Assembly: GCA_963667785.2 (NCBI GenBank)
Contig: CAXXMU010000008.1
Span: 32,001-96,000, forward strand
Length of the DNA stretch: 64,000 nucleotides
Origin: Alphaproteobacteria bacterium
Lineage (GTDB): Bacteria; Pseudomonadota; Alphaproteobacteria; UBA828
Direction: 5' to 3'
Positions 9,690 to 19,517 of this stretch are shown here, one piece after another; positions within the stretch are counted from its first letter, which is position 1, and each line of letters starts with the position of its first letter. Made by a program: the position numbers and the translations under genes. Below the pieces are notes generated by a model. It was not told the DNA's origin, searched no databases, and worked only from the letters and a program-made list of their open reading frames with translations.

Positions 9690-10198
9690 CACACCGCCTC
9701 GCCGCGAAGCCGCAGCACGTCCTTGAAGAACTCGGAGACCGCCTGGAAGATCATCAGGACGATGCCCGTGACCATGACCACCTTGACCGGCCAGAGATAG
9801 GGCCGCCAGGCGCTCGGGCTGCGCTCGCCGCCGTACTGGAAGCTGTAGATCGTGGAGTCGATTCCGCCCCAGAGAAGAACGGTGAGGTAGAAGAGCAGGA
9901 AGAACACCGTGAAGACGTCGAACCACGCCTTCCGGCGTGCGGACCAGGAGCCGTAGAACAGGTCCATCCGCACGTTCGCATCGGTTTGAACGGCGTAGGG
10001 GCCGCCCAGGATGTAATAGCCCACCATCGCGAACTGGGCCATTTCCAGGGTCCAGAGCGAAGGATTGAAGAACGTCTTCGAGAGCGACGACCAGAGCAGG
10101 ATCGCCATGATCGCGAACATGCCGTACATGATGGTGCGCCCGACACGGCGATTGACCGTGTCGACGACCAGGATGTAGGCGCGCATGGTGCCGGTCAC
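9689..10198 (-). CDS. dctQ: TRAP transporter small permease
   Basis: Four TM segments, NVRMDLFY motif; abuts dctM. Confidence 0.9.
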   Translation of the reverse strand: MTGTMRAYILVVDTVNRRVGRTIMYGMFAIMAILLWSSLSKTFFNPSLWTLEMAQFAMVGYYILGGPYAVQTDANVRMDLFYGSWSARRKAWFDVFTVFFLLFYLTVLLWGGIDSTIYSFQYGGERSPSAWRPYLWPVKVVMVTGIVLMIFQAVSEFFKDVLRLRGEAV

Positions 10199-10389
10199 GG
10201 CGGCGATTCCCTTACCGTGACGCCGCAGCCCTCACGCTGCTCGTCTTCATTGTGCCAGGATCGATATGCTCGAACGGGCAGGCGGCTCTGCTCGGCAGGC
10301 GCGATGGCTGCGGGAGCGGGAGCGGGCGACGCATACCGCTTTCCCTGCTCAACCGGCAACACCGCACGTCTTCCCGCTAACCCCTTCGC

Positions 10390-10439
10390 CATTCCGCAGG
10401 AATTCCCATCTCCGCGATGAGCATAGCGGATGCGGAATG
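10390..10439. other. Inverted repeat / hairpin downstream of the SprT-like gene
   Basis: CATTCCGCA...TGCGGAATG perfect 9-bp arms with inner TCCGC/GCGGA. Confidence 0.35.
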
Positions 10440-10490
10440 CTTCTCTAGTCGGAATTTGACCGGGCGCCCGGGGCGGCCCCGGCGCCGCCC

Positions 10491-11207
10491 TCACCGCCGC
10501 CTGTGCTCGTAGACGTTCGCGCGCGGCGTCGCGCCGATGCGTCGTGCCGCGGCCTTCCATGCGGGCCCGTGGCGGGCCTCCGGCCCGGCCAGCGCGTGGG
10601 CGATCTCGTGCAGGATCGTGTCCCTGACCTCGGCCTCGCCGGCATCGAGCGCGTGCCCCCGGCCGATGCGGATCAGGCGGTCCTCGAAGTGGCAGTCGCC
10701 GAGGCGCCGCTCGGCCTCGAGGAAGGCGAAGGTCCACGCGCCGAGCCCGTGCTCGTCCATCAGCCGGCGAGCCATCGCTGCGACCCGCGCGAGCCGTTCC
10801 GCGCCCTGCCGCCCGCTCGCCGCGGGCGCGCCGTCCGCGCCGTCGAGCAGCCGGTAAGGAACGTTCCAGCAGCCCCTGCCGCTCCGCACCCGCGCGCAGG
10901 CCGGGTTGAGCTTCACGATCCGGCCCCGGCGCGGCTCGTCGCGGGCCGTGAACGTCACCCGGTCGCCCTTCCGCCAGCGGGCGCGCGCGGCATCGTCGCG
11001 GGTCACGATCGTGCTGCGGCGGGGGCCGCCCGAAGGCGTGAGCGCCGCCTCCGGCACCTGCCAGAGCCGGTCCGCGCCGTCGATCACCGTGGCGGCGCGG
11101 CGGGGCCCCTGACGCCGAAGGAGGTGGCCCTCGACGGTCCGCCCCCTGCGGGTGAAGCTGACGGCGGTGCCGGCGGCGAGTCGACGCTTCTCCTCGCGGT
11201 CACCCAT
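10491..11207 (-). CDS. SprT-like zinc metalloprotease with two N-terminal SH3/KOW-like repeats
   Basis: RRLGDC...DTILHEIAHAL...HGPAWK SprT signature; RBS GAAGGAAGGG. Confidence 0.8.
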   Translation of the reverse strand: MGDREEKRRLAAGTAVSFTRRGRTVEGHLLRRQGPRRAATVIDGADRLWQVPEAALTPSGGPRRSTIVTRDDAARARWRKGDRVTFTARDEPRRGRIVKLNPACARVRSGRGCWNVPYRLLDGADGAPAASGRQGAERLARVAAMARRLMDEHGLGAWTFAFLEAERRLGDCHFEDRLIRIGRGHALDAGEAEVRDTILHEIAHALAGPEARHGPAWKAAARRIGATPRANVYEHRRR

Positions 11208-11488
11208 TCCCCTTCCTTCGCCCTGTCGGCCGCCGCGTTGGCCGCCGAATCGGTGTCTGCCGCCCGCAGCGACTCGACGCACGAATTCCGGGGATTTCCG
11301 CAGGAAATGCAAGAAACCGCATCGCATGGCGGACGTCGCGGGCGGCATCTCGGCAGGTTCGCACGCGCTGGTCAGGCGTCGTCATGCCGGACCGACGCAT
11401 CCACTTTTCTCAGTGTTACAGGCATCTTTGGTCGAATCGTCTCCACACTGTGAGGCATGCGCCCGACTGTATTGATTGCATTGAAGTA

Positions 11489-11516
11489 TTGACAAAGTAA
11501 GCCCGAGGGCTACAAG
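11489..11516 (+). promoter_or_regulatory. Putative sigma70 promoter of serS
   Basis: TTGACA-N16-TACAAG ending 10 nt before the ATG. Confidence 0.55.
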
Positions 11517-11526
11517 GCGCGCCGTC

Positions 11527-12795
11527 ATGTTCAGCGCCCGGTGGATTCGCGAAAACAGCACGGCCTTCGACACTGGCCTCGCCCGGCGCGGCCTGGAACC
11601 GCTCGCCCAACATGTAATCTCTCTCGATGCGGCCCGGCGCCAGCTCCTGACCACCGTTCAGCAGCACCAGAGCACGCGCAACCGCATGTCGAAGGAGATC
11701 GGTGCCGCGCGTGTCAGGGGCGAGGACACTGCCGCCCTCGTTGCAGAGGTCGCGGAGTTGAGGGACAGCACCCAGGTACTTGAACGCAAGGCAAAGGAGC
11801 TGGGCGACGAGCTCGACGAGTTGCTTGCCGGCCTCCCCAACCTGCCGGCCGAGGGCGTGCCCGACGGTGCCGACGAGAGCGCCAACCTGGAGATCAGGCG
11901 CTGGGGCGAGCCGCGCAGTGTCGAGGGCGGCGCGCGGCAGCACTACGAGATCGGCGAGGCCCTTGGCTTGATGGACTTCGAGCGGGCGGCGAAGCTCTCG
12001 GGCTCGCGCTTCGTCGTGCTTTCCGGCGCGCTGGCCAGGCTCGAACGCGCGCTCGCCGCCTTCATGCTCGACATGCACACGGCCGAGTTCGGCTACACCG
12101 AGACGGCGCCGCCGCTGCTGGTGCGCGATGCCGCCGCCTTCGGCACCGGCAACCTGCCGAAATTCGAGGAGGACCTGTTCCACACCACCGACGGTTACTG
12201 GCTGATCCCGACGGCCGAGATGCCGCTCACCAACCTCGTTGCCGGCGAAATCCTTGGCGAAGACGCGCTGCCGCTGCGCTTCACCGCCTATACCCCGTGC
12301 TTCCGCGCCGAGGCGGGCGCCGCCGGGAAGGACACGCGGGGCATGCTGCGCCAGCACCAGTTCTCAAAGGTCGAGCTAGTGAGCGTGACCAGGCCAGAGG
12401 AGTCCGACGACGAGCACGAGCGCATGACCGCCTGCGCCGAGGAGGTGCTGCAGCGCCTGGGCCTCGCCTATCGGGTCGTCGTGCTGAGCACGGGTGACAT
12501 GGGCTTCTCGGCGCGCAAGACCTACGACATCGAGGTCTGGCTGCCGGGGCAGGGGCGCTACCGCGAAATCTCGAGCTGCTCCAACTGCGGCGACTTCCAG
12601 GCGCGGCGCATGAACGCCCGCTGCCGCAAGGCCGGCGAGAAGCAGACGCGCTTCGTGCATACGCTGAACGGGTCTGCGCTCGCGGTGGGGCGGACCCTCG
12701 TCGCCGTGCTCGAGACCTATCAGGACGACGGTGGCGCCGTGACCGTGCCCGACGCGCTCCGCCCCTATCTCGGCGGCCTGGAGACGATCGGCTGA
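11527..12795 (+). CDS. serS: Serine--tRNA ligase
   Basis: LIPTAE, FRAEAG...[36 protein letters not shown]. Confidence 0.97.
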   Translation: MFSARWIRENSTAFDTGLARRGLEPLAQHVISLDAARRQLLTTVQQHQSTRNRMSKEIGAARVRGEDTAALVAEVAELRDSTQVLERKAKELGDELDELLAGLPNLPAEGVPDGADESANLEIRRWGEPRSVEGGARQHYEIGEALGLMDFERAAKLSGSRFVVLSGALARLERALAAFMLDMHTAEFGYTETAPPLLVRDAAAFGTGNLPKFEEDLFHTTDGYWLIPTAEMPLTNLVAGEILGEDALPLRFTAYTPCFRAEAGAAGKDTRGMLRQHQFSKVELVSVTRPEESDDEHERMTACAEEVLQRLGLAYRVVVLSTGDMGFSARKTYDIEVWLPGQGRYREISSCSNCGDFQARRMNARCRKAGEKQTRFVHTLNGSALAVGRTLVAVLETYQDDGGAVTVPDALRPYLGGLETIG

Positions 12796-13550
12796 TGCGC
12801 ATCCTCGTCAGCAACGATGACGGCATCGAGGCGCCCGGCATCAAGGTGCTGGAGCGGGTGGCGCGCGGCTTCTCCGACGACGTGTGGACGGTGGCGCCCG
12901 AGACCCAGCAGAGCGCGGCCTCCCACTCGCTCACGCTGCACCGCCCGCTGCGCATTCGCCGCATCTCCAGGCGCCGGCACGCGGTCAACGGCACGCCCAC
13001 CGACTGCGTCTTCCTCGCCTTCAACAAGATCATGGCCGACAGCCCGCCCGATCTGGTGCTCTCCGGCGTCAACGACGGCCCCAATGTCGGCGAGGACGTG
13101 ACCTATTCCGGCACCATTGCCGCGGCGATGGAGGCGACGCTGCTCGGCGCGCCGGCGATCGCGTTCAGCCAGGCCTACGGCGTTGGGCGCAGGCACCACT
13201 GGGCGACCGCCGAGCAATGGGGCGGCCGCCTCCTGCGCACCCTGGTCGGGAGCGGATGGCCCGAGCGCGTGCTCATCAACGTGAACTTCCCCGACCTCGC
13301 GCCTGCCGACGTGCGCGGGATCAGGGTCGCGCGCCAGGGTCTGCACGAGATTGCCGATACGCTGGAGGAGCGCATCGACCCGCGCGGCGCCCCCTACTAC
13401 TGGATCGGCGCGACCCCGCGCGAGGACGGCGCCGGGCAGCGCGGCACCGACATGGTCGCGATCGACGAGGGCTACGTCGCCGTCACCCCGCTGCACATGG
13501 ACCTCACGCACAGGCGGACCCTGTCATGGCTGCGGAAGGTCATCGGATGA
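12795..13550 (+). CDS. surE: 5'/3'-nucleotidase SurE
   Basis: [31 protein letters not shown]. Confidence 0.96.
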   Translation: MRILVSNDDGIEAPGIKVLERVARGFSDDVWTVAPETQQSAASHSLTLHRPLRIRRISRRRHAVNGTPTDCVFLAFNKIMADSPPDLVLSGVNDGPNVGEDVTYSGTIAAAMEATLLGAPAIAFSQAYGVGRRHHWATAEQWGGRLLRTLVGSGWPERVLINVNFPDLAPADVRGIRVARQGLHEIADTLEERIDPRGAPYYWIGATPREDGAGQRGTDMVAIDEGYVAVTPLHMDLTHRRTLSWLRKVIG

Positions 13551-14665
13551 GCGGCGATATCCGCCTGTGCCTCCCGGCCCGGACGCTCGCGGGCGCGGCC
13601 CTGCTCGCCGGCCTGCTGTCTGTCGCGGCCTGTGCGCCGGGGCTGGTCGGCTTCGGCAGCGAGGAGCAGGAGGCGGATGCCGTCGCAGGCGCCACCCCGC
13701 CGGCGAAAGCGGCACCGCTCGAGCTGCCCGTGCGGCGGGCGGCGCCGCAGGAGGAAGCGGCCCTCTACGACCCGGCCCCGCCGCTCCCGCACACGAAGCC
13801 CGGGCGGCTGGTGACGGTCGAGCCCGGCGACACCGTCATCGGCATCGCCCGCCGCTATGGCGTGGCGGCGGACGCGATCATCGCGCTCAACGGGCTGACC
13901 TCTCCCTACTGGCTGCTGGCGGGCACCGGCCTGCGCCTTCCCGAGGACGGGTATCGTCCCGCCGTGCTCAACGGCCGGCGTCCGGAGACGGCGATTCGCG
14001 TCGCGTCGCTGGACGACGGGCCTGCCGGGGACGGGATTCGCATCGCTCCGCTGGATGAACCGCCAACGGCCGTGCCGCCCGCCGCCGCGCCGGCCGCGCA
14101 TTCGCCGTCGCTCGGGACCGTGTCGCCTGCCGGCGGGGCTGGGGACAGCGCGGTGTTGCTCCCTCCGGCGTCGCCGGCCTCTCCGGCCGAGCCCGCCGTG
14201 CAGCTCGCGAGCGCGACGCCGATGCCGGCCCTGCCGCCGCCGCAACGCGGGGCAGGCTTGGGGGACGTGCCGCTCCCGCCCTCGCGCAACTCGTTCCTCT
14301 GGCCCATCGAGGGCCGGGTGATCTCGGGCTTCGGTTCCAAGCCCGGCGGCATGCACAACGACGGAATCAACATCGCCGTGCCGGTCGGCAGCGAGGTCCG
14401 TGCCGCGCAGAGCGGTGTGGTGGCCTATGCCGGTAACGAGCTCAGGGGGTATGGAAACCTCGTGCTCATCCGCCACGGCGACGGCTGGATGACGGCGTAT
14501 GCCCACAACGAGACGCTTCTGGTTGAGAGGGGAGACGAGGTGCGGCGCGGCCAGGTGATCTCGCGTTCGGGCCGGACGGGCCGGGTCTCGCGGCCGCAGT
14601 CCCATTTCGAGATCCGGCGCAACGGCGAGCCGCAGGATCCCCTTCGCCTGCTCACCCGCAAGTAG
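13547..14665 (+). CDS. nlpD: LysM/M23 peptidase-family lipoprotein (NlpD-like)
   Basis: Lipobox VAA-C, LysM (VEPGDTVIGIARRYGV), Pro/Ala linker, M23 domain (HNDGINI, YAHNE, SHFEIR). Confidence 0.85.
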   Translation: MSGDIRLCLPARTLAGAALLAGLLSVAACAPGLVGFGSEEQEADAVAGATPPAKAAPLELPVRRAAPQEEAALYDPAPPLPHTKPGRLVTVEPGDTVIGIARRYGVAADAIIALNGLTSPYWLLAGTGLRLPEDGYRPAVLNGRRPETAIRVASLDDGPAGDGIRIAPLDEPPTAVPPAAAPAAHSPSLGTVSPAGGAGDSAVLLPPASPASPAEPAVQLASATPMPALPPPQRGAGLGDVPLPPSRNSFLWPIEGRVISGFGSKPGGMHNDGINIAVPVGSEVRAAQSGVVAYAGNELRGYGNLVLIRHGDGWMTAYAHNETLLVERGDEVRRGQVISRSGRTGRVSRPQSHFEIRRNGEPQDPLRLLTRK

Positions 14666-14669
14666 GGGT

Positions 14670-15548
14670 TCAGGCCGGGTCGTCTCCGCCCGGCGTCAGC
14701 CCGACTCCGAGCCGTCCGGCGAGATCCTGCACGAACTGCCAGGCGACCCTGCCCGAGCGGGCGCCGCGGGTCATGCTCCACTCGATCGCCTCGGCGTGCA
14801 GCGTGTCGCGATCGATGGCGAGGCCGAAGTGGTCGGCATAGCCCTCGACCATGGCGAAGAACGTCGCCTGGTCGCAGGGGTGAAAGCCGAGCCAGAGGCC
14901 GAAGCGGTCGGAGAGCGAGACCGATTCCTCCACCGCCTCGCCGGGATGGATGGCGGTGGAGCGCTCGTTGTCGATCATGTCGCGCGGCATCAGGTGGCGG
15001 CGGTTCGAGGTGGCGTAGAAGAGCACGTTGTCGGGCCGGCCGCTGATGCCGCCCTCGAGCGTCGCCTTGAGGGACTTGTAGGTGGTGTCCTCGGAATCGA
15101 AGGAGAGGTCGTCGCAGAAGAGGAGGCAGCGCCTGTCGGAGCCGCGCAGGCGCCCGAGCAGGACCGGCAGGCTGGCGATCTCCTCGCGGTGAATCTCGAT
15201 CAGCTTGAGGTCGTCGGGCGAGTCCGCCGCCACCACGCCGTGCACGGCCTTGATGAGGGAGCTCTTGCCCATGCCGCGCGCGCCCCAGAGCAGCGCATTG
15301 TTGGCGGGCAGGCCGCGGGCGAAGCGCCGCGTGTTGTCCAGCAGGATGTCGCGCACCCGGTCGATGCCCTTGAGCAGCGAGATGTCGAGCCGGTTGATCC
15401 GGTGCACCGCCTCGAGGCGCGCGCCGTCCGCATGCCAGATGAACCCCTCCGCCGAATCGAGCGGCGCGTCCGCCGGGCCTTGCGGCGCGAGTCGCTCCAG
15501 CGCCGCCGCGACGCGCCCGAGGAGAGGCGCCAACTCCGAGTCCGCCAT
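14670..15548 (-). CDS. AAA+ ATPase, DUF815 family
   Basis: LLWGARGMGKSS, FCDDLSF, YATSNRRHL, LSDRFGL; usual position between nlpD and yajC. Confidence 0.9.
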   Translation of the reverse strand: MADSELAPLLGRVAAALERLAPQGPADAPLDSAEGFIWHADGARLEAVHRINRLDISLLKGIDRVRDILLDNTRRFARGLPANNALLWGARGMGKSSLIKAVHGVVAADSPDDLKLIEIHREEIASLPVLLGRLRGSDRRCLLFCDDLSFDSEDTTYKSLKATLEGGISGRPDNVLFYATSNRRHLMPRDMIDNERSTAIHPGEAVEESVSLSDRFGLWLGFHPCDQATFFAMVEGYADHFGLAIDRDTLHAEAIEWSMTRGARSGRVAWQFVQDLAGRLGVGLTPGGDDPA

Positions 15549-15686
15549 AACCGCTCCGGCTGGTGGGAAAATCGCGGCGACCCTAGCACAGGGATCCGCG
15601 CGCGGCATATTCATGCGGCTTACTCGTTGCCCGCACCCGCGTTTGGGCCTATCGTGCGGCGTTTTTCTGGCCAGGAGTACGAATCC

Positions 15687-16247
15687 ATGGTTGCGACGAA
15701 GTTGGTGAGTGCGCTCGCCAAGGCGGGTGCGCTCGGGCTTGTCCTGATCGCGTTGGCCGGCTGTCCGCCCATGCAGCAGGGCGGGGAGGGCGGCGAAGCC
15801 GGCGGCGGCGACATGCTCATGTCGATCCTGCCGCTCATCCTGATCTTCGTGGTGTTCTACTTCCTGCTGATTCGACCGCAGCAGAGAAAGCAGAAGGCCC
15901 ACCGCGAGATGCTGCATAACGTGAACCGGGGCGACGACATCGTGACCAACGGCGGTCTGGTCGGACACGTCATCAAGGTTGGCCGCGGCGACAGCCTGCT
16001 CGTGGAGATCGCGCCCGACGTGCGCGTCCGGATCAGGCGCAACATGCTCTCCGAGATCATTCCGCGCCACGAGGACCTCGACGACGAGGAGGACGACGAC
16101 GAGGACGAGTTCGACGAGCGCGAGGAAGAGCGCGAGGACGAGCCCCTCGAGGACGAAGAAGACGAAGAGGACGACGACGAGGACTACGAGGACCTCGACG
16201 AGGAGGAGGACGAGGAGGAGGACGAGCGGGATCGACGCCGGCGCTGA
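15687..16247 (+). CDS. yajC: Preprotein translocase subunit YajC with N-terminal lipobox and polyacidic tail
   Basis: RBS AGGAG; FYFLLIRPQQRKQK...GDDIVTNGGLVG core; precedes secD. Confidence 0.9.
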   Translation: MVATKLVSALAKAGALGLVLIALAGCPPMQQGGEGGEAGGGDMLMSILPLILIFVVFYFLLIRPQQRKQKAHREMLHNVNRGDDIVTNGGLVGHVIKVGRGDSLLVEIAPDVRVRIRRNMLSEIIPRHEDLDDEEDDDEDEFDEREEEREDEPLEDEEDEEDDDEDYEDLDEEEDEEEDERDRRRR

Positions 16248-16274
16248 TCGGGTCGCTTCGCTCCCGCGCAGCCC

Positions 16275-17852
16275 ATGCTCCGCACCCGTCTCTGGCAAGT
16301 CGTCGTCGTCGCGGCGGTCATCGTCGCGGCGGTCATCTTCGCCGTACCCAACATGGTCGGGCGGGACTCGCTCGCCACCTACCCGTCGTGGCTGCCGTCG
16401 AGCCAGGTCAATCTCGGCCTCGACCTGCAGGGGGGCTCCCACCTGCTGCTCGAGGTCCAGGTCGCCGACATCCTGCGCGAGCGGATCACGACGCTGGTCG
16501 ATGATACGCGTGTCGAGCTCAGGCGCGCCGGCGTCAAGTACACCGGGCTGAAGGCGGCGCGGGACCGCGTCGTCTTCCAGCTCATCGATCCCGCGCAGAT
16601 CGACGCCGCAACCGAGGCGGTGGACGACCTCGACCCCGAAGCCGAGATCGAGAGCGATTCCAGCGGCGGCTTCCAGATCGTGCTCACCGAGGAGGCGGTC
16701 GAGGGGCGCCGGGCCGCCGCGGTAAGCCAGTCCATCGAGATCATCCGGCGCCGGATCGACGAGACCGGCGTGCGCGAGCCCACGATCCAGCGCCAGGGCG
16801 AGGACCGCATCCTCGTCCAGCTGCCCGGCGTGGATGATCCGGAGCGGGTCAAGCGCCTGCTGGGCAAGACGGCGAAGCTCACCTTTCACCTGCTCGACGA
16901 GAACGTGACAGCCGAGGACCGGCGCAGCGGGCGCGTGCCGCGCGGCGCGCAGCGGCTGCCGTCGGACGAGGTGGGCGAGAACGGCGAGGAGGTGTTCTAC
17001 ATCATCCGCAAGCGGGTGATGGTCAGCGGCGATTCGCTGGTCGACGCGGCGACGACCCGCGACCAGACCGGGCAGTGGGCGGTCAGCTTCCGCTTCGATT
17101 CGAGCGGCGCGCGGAAGTTCGGCGACGTGACGACGGAAAACGTCGGCAAGCCGTTCGCCATCGTGCTGGACGGCCGCGTGATCAGCGCGCCGGTGATCCG
17201 CGAGCCCATCGTCGGCGGCACCGGGCAGATCACCGGCAACTTCACCGTGGAGGAGGCCAACGACCTCTCGCTGCTGCTGCGCGCGGGCGCGCTGCCGGCG
17301 CCCATGAAGATCCTGGAGGAGCGCACGGTGGGGCCGGACCTCGGCGCCGATTCCATCGAGGCCGGCAAGATCGCCTGCATCATCGGGCTGGCCGCGGTGA
17401 TCGTGTTCATGGCGATCTACTACGGCCTGTTCGGCCTGGTCGCCGATCTCGCGCTGGTCCTAAACCTGGTCATCATGCTCGGCGTGCTCTCGCTCCTGCA
17501 GGCGACCCTGACCCTGCCCGGCATCGCCGGCATCGTGCTGACCATCGGCATGGCCGTCGACGCCAACGTGCTGATCTTCGAACGAATACGCGAGGAGGCG
17601 CGCGCCGGGCGGGCACCCTTCTCGGCCATGGAGGCCGGCTACCGTCGCGCCTTCACGACCATCATCGACTCGAACCTGACGACGCTGATCGCCGCCATCA
17701 TCCTCTTCATCATCGGCACCGGCCCGGTGCGGGGCTTCGCCGTGACGCTCGGCATCGGCATCGCCACCTCGATGTTCACCGCCATGCTGGTGAGCCGGAT
17801 CATCCTGGTCGCCTGGCTCAAGCAGCGGCGGCCGGCGGCGTTGCCGCTTTAG
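16275..17852 (+). CDS. secD: Protein translocase subunit SecD
   Basis: NLGLDLQGG, RILVQLPG, GMAVDANVLIFERIREE. Confidence 0.97.
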   Translation: MLRTRLWQVVVVAAVIVAAVIFAVPNMVGRDSLATYPSWLPSSQVNLGLDLQGGSHLLLEVQVADILRERITTLVDDTRVELRRAGVKYTGLKAARDRVVFQLIDPAQIDAATEAVDDLDPEAEIESDSSGGFQIVLTEEAVEGRRAAAVSQSIEIIRRRIDETGVREPTIQRQGEDRILVQLPGVDDPERVKRLLGKTAKLTFHLLDENVTAEDRRSGRVPRGAQRLPSDEVGENGEEVFYIIRKRVMVSGDSLVDAATTRDQTGQWAVSFRFDSSGARKFGDVTTENVGKPFAIVLDGRVISAPVIREPIVGGTGQITGNFTVEEANDLSLLLRAGALPAPMKILEERTVGPDLGADSIEAGKIACIIGLAAVIVFMAIYYGLFGLVADLALVLNLVIMLGVLSLLQATLTLPGIAGIVLTIGMAVDANVLIFERIREEARAGRAPFSAMEAGYRRAFTTIIDSNLTTLIAAIILFIIGTGPVRGFAVTLGIGIATSMFTAMLVSRIILVAWLKQRRPAALPL

Positions 17853-17869
17853 CCTGCTAGGTCCGCGTC

Positions 17870-19081
17870 ATGTGGCGATTCCGGCTCATCCCCGACAAGA
17901 CGGCGATCCCGTTCCTCAAGCTTCGCCGCACCTTCTTCATCGTCTCCGTCGTGCTCGCCGTGGCCTCCGTGGCGGTGCTGGGCGGCCGCGGCCTCAACTT
18001 CGGCATCGATTTCGCCGGCGGCATCCTGATCGAGGTCGGCACGGAGCGGGAGGCCGACATCGGGCAGATGCGGAGCGCGCTGACCGGCCTCGGCCTCGGT
18101 GAGATCGCGCTGCAGGAATTCGGCTCGCCCACCGAGGTGCTGATCCGCATCGAGCGCCAGCCCGGCGACGCCACGGCGCAGCAGGCGGCGGTCGCCACCG
18201 TGCGCGACGCACTCAGCGCGAACTATGGCGACACGCTGAACTACCGCCGGGTCGAGACGGTGGGGCCCAAGGTCGGCGCCGAGCTGATCCAGGCCGGCAT
18301 CATCGCGGTCGTGGTCTCCGTCTTCCTGATGCTGGTCTATATCTGGTTCCGGTTCGAGCTGCCCTTCGCCATCGGCGCGGTGATCGCGCTCATCCACGAC
18401 GTGGTGCTCTCGCTCGGAATCTTCGCGGCGCTCGGACTCGAATTCAATCTCCCCATCGTCGCCGCGATTCTGCTCATCGTCGGCTACTCGATGAACGATA
18501 CCGTGGTCGTCTACGACCGCGTGCGCGAGAACCTGCGCAAGTACAAGACCATGTCGCTTCTCGCGCTGCTCAACCAGAGCGTCAACGAGACGCTGTCGCG
18601 CACCGTCATCACCTCGGCGACGACTCTGCTGGCGCTGCTGGCGCTGCTCATCTTCGGCGGCGCGGTCATCCGCGACTTCAGCTTCGCGATGATCTGGGGC
18701 GTGATCGTCGGCACCTATTCGTCGGTCTTCATCGCCGGTGCCCTGCTGCTCTACGTGCAGCCCCAGCGGGGCGGCCAGAAGAAGGCCGTCGGCCAGGCAG
18801 AGCGGCTGGCTGCGCTCGAGGACGAGGCGGCGGCCGACGCGGCGCCGCGCGGGGCGGCGCCCGCGCTGCCGGAGCCGGACGCCTCCATCGCCGAGACGGT
18901 CGCGGCGGCAGAAGCGGCCGAAGCCGCTGGAGCGACCCAAGAGGCCGAAGCGACTGGAGCGACGCAGGCCGCCCCGGATGACGGGGACGACGAGCCGCCG
19001 CCGACCACCGGCTCCCGGCGGCAGCGCCGCGCGAGCTCGTCACGGGAGCGCCGCCGCAGGCGCCGGCGCGGCAAGCGCTGA
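17870..19081 (+). CDS. secF: Protein translocase subunit SecF with long disordered, basic-ended C-tail
   Basis: GIDFAGG, GYSMNDTVVVYDRVREN, GTYSSVFIA. Confidence 0.96.
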   Translation: MWRFRLIPDKTAIPFLKLRRTFFIVSVVLAVASVAVLGGRGLNFGIDFAGGILIEVGTEREADIGQMRSALTGLGLGEIALQEFGSPTEVLIRIERQPGDATAQQAAVATVRDALSANYGDTLNYRRVETVGPKVGAELIQAGIIAVVVSVFLMLVYIWFRFELPFAIGAVIALIHDVVLSLGIFAALGLEFNLPIVAAILLIVGYSMNDTVVVYDRVRENLRKYKTMSLLALLNQSVNETLSRTVITSATTLLALLALLIFGGAVIRDFSFAMIWGVIVGTYSSVFIAGALLLYVQPQRGGQKKAVGQAERLAALEDEAAADAAPRGAAPALPEPDASIAETVAAAEAAEAAGATQEAEATGATQAAPDDGDDEPPPTTGSRRQRRASSSRERRRRRRRGKR

Positions 19082-19091
19082 GCCCGCGCCC

Positions 19092-19475
19092 GTGGACATC
19101 ACGCCGCTCGTCCCCGAGGGCCGGCACGTCATCGAGAGCTACGGCGACGAGGGCTTCAGGATCAACGGCGAGCGCTACGCCGGCCCGGTCATCGTCTGGC
19201 CCGAAGGCGTGGTGCCGTGGGCGGTATCGGACATCGCAACCGCCGCGATCGAGACGCTGGATGCGATGTTCGCCGCCGAGCCCCCCATCGAGATCCTGCT
19301 GATCGGCAGCGGCGCGACCTTCGAGATGGCGCCGCCCGCGTTGCGGAAGGCGCTTGGCGCCCGCAGCATCGCGCTTGAGAGCATGGACACCGGCGCGGCC
19401 TGCCGCACCTACAACGTGCTGATGGCCGAGGACCGGCGCGTCGCCGCGGCGCTGATCCCGACGAGTACGGGCTGA
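19092..19475 (+). CDS. Mth938-like (NDUFAF3 homolog) protein
   Basis: IESYGDEGFRING, MDTGAACRTYNVLMAEDRRVAAAL. Confidence 0.9.
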   Translation: MDITPLVPEGRHVIESYGDEGFRINGERYAGPVIVWPEGVVPWAVSDIATAAIETLDAMFAAEPPIEILLIGSGATFEMAPPALRKALGARSIALESMDTGAACRTYNVLMAEDRRVAAALIPTSTG

Positions 19476-19517
19476 GCGTTCCGTTTCGGCCGACCAGTCA
19501 GGAGCGCGCCGCGACGC

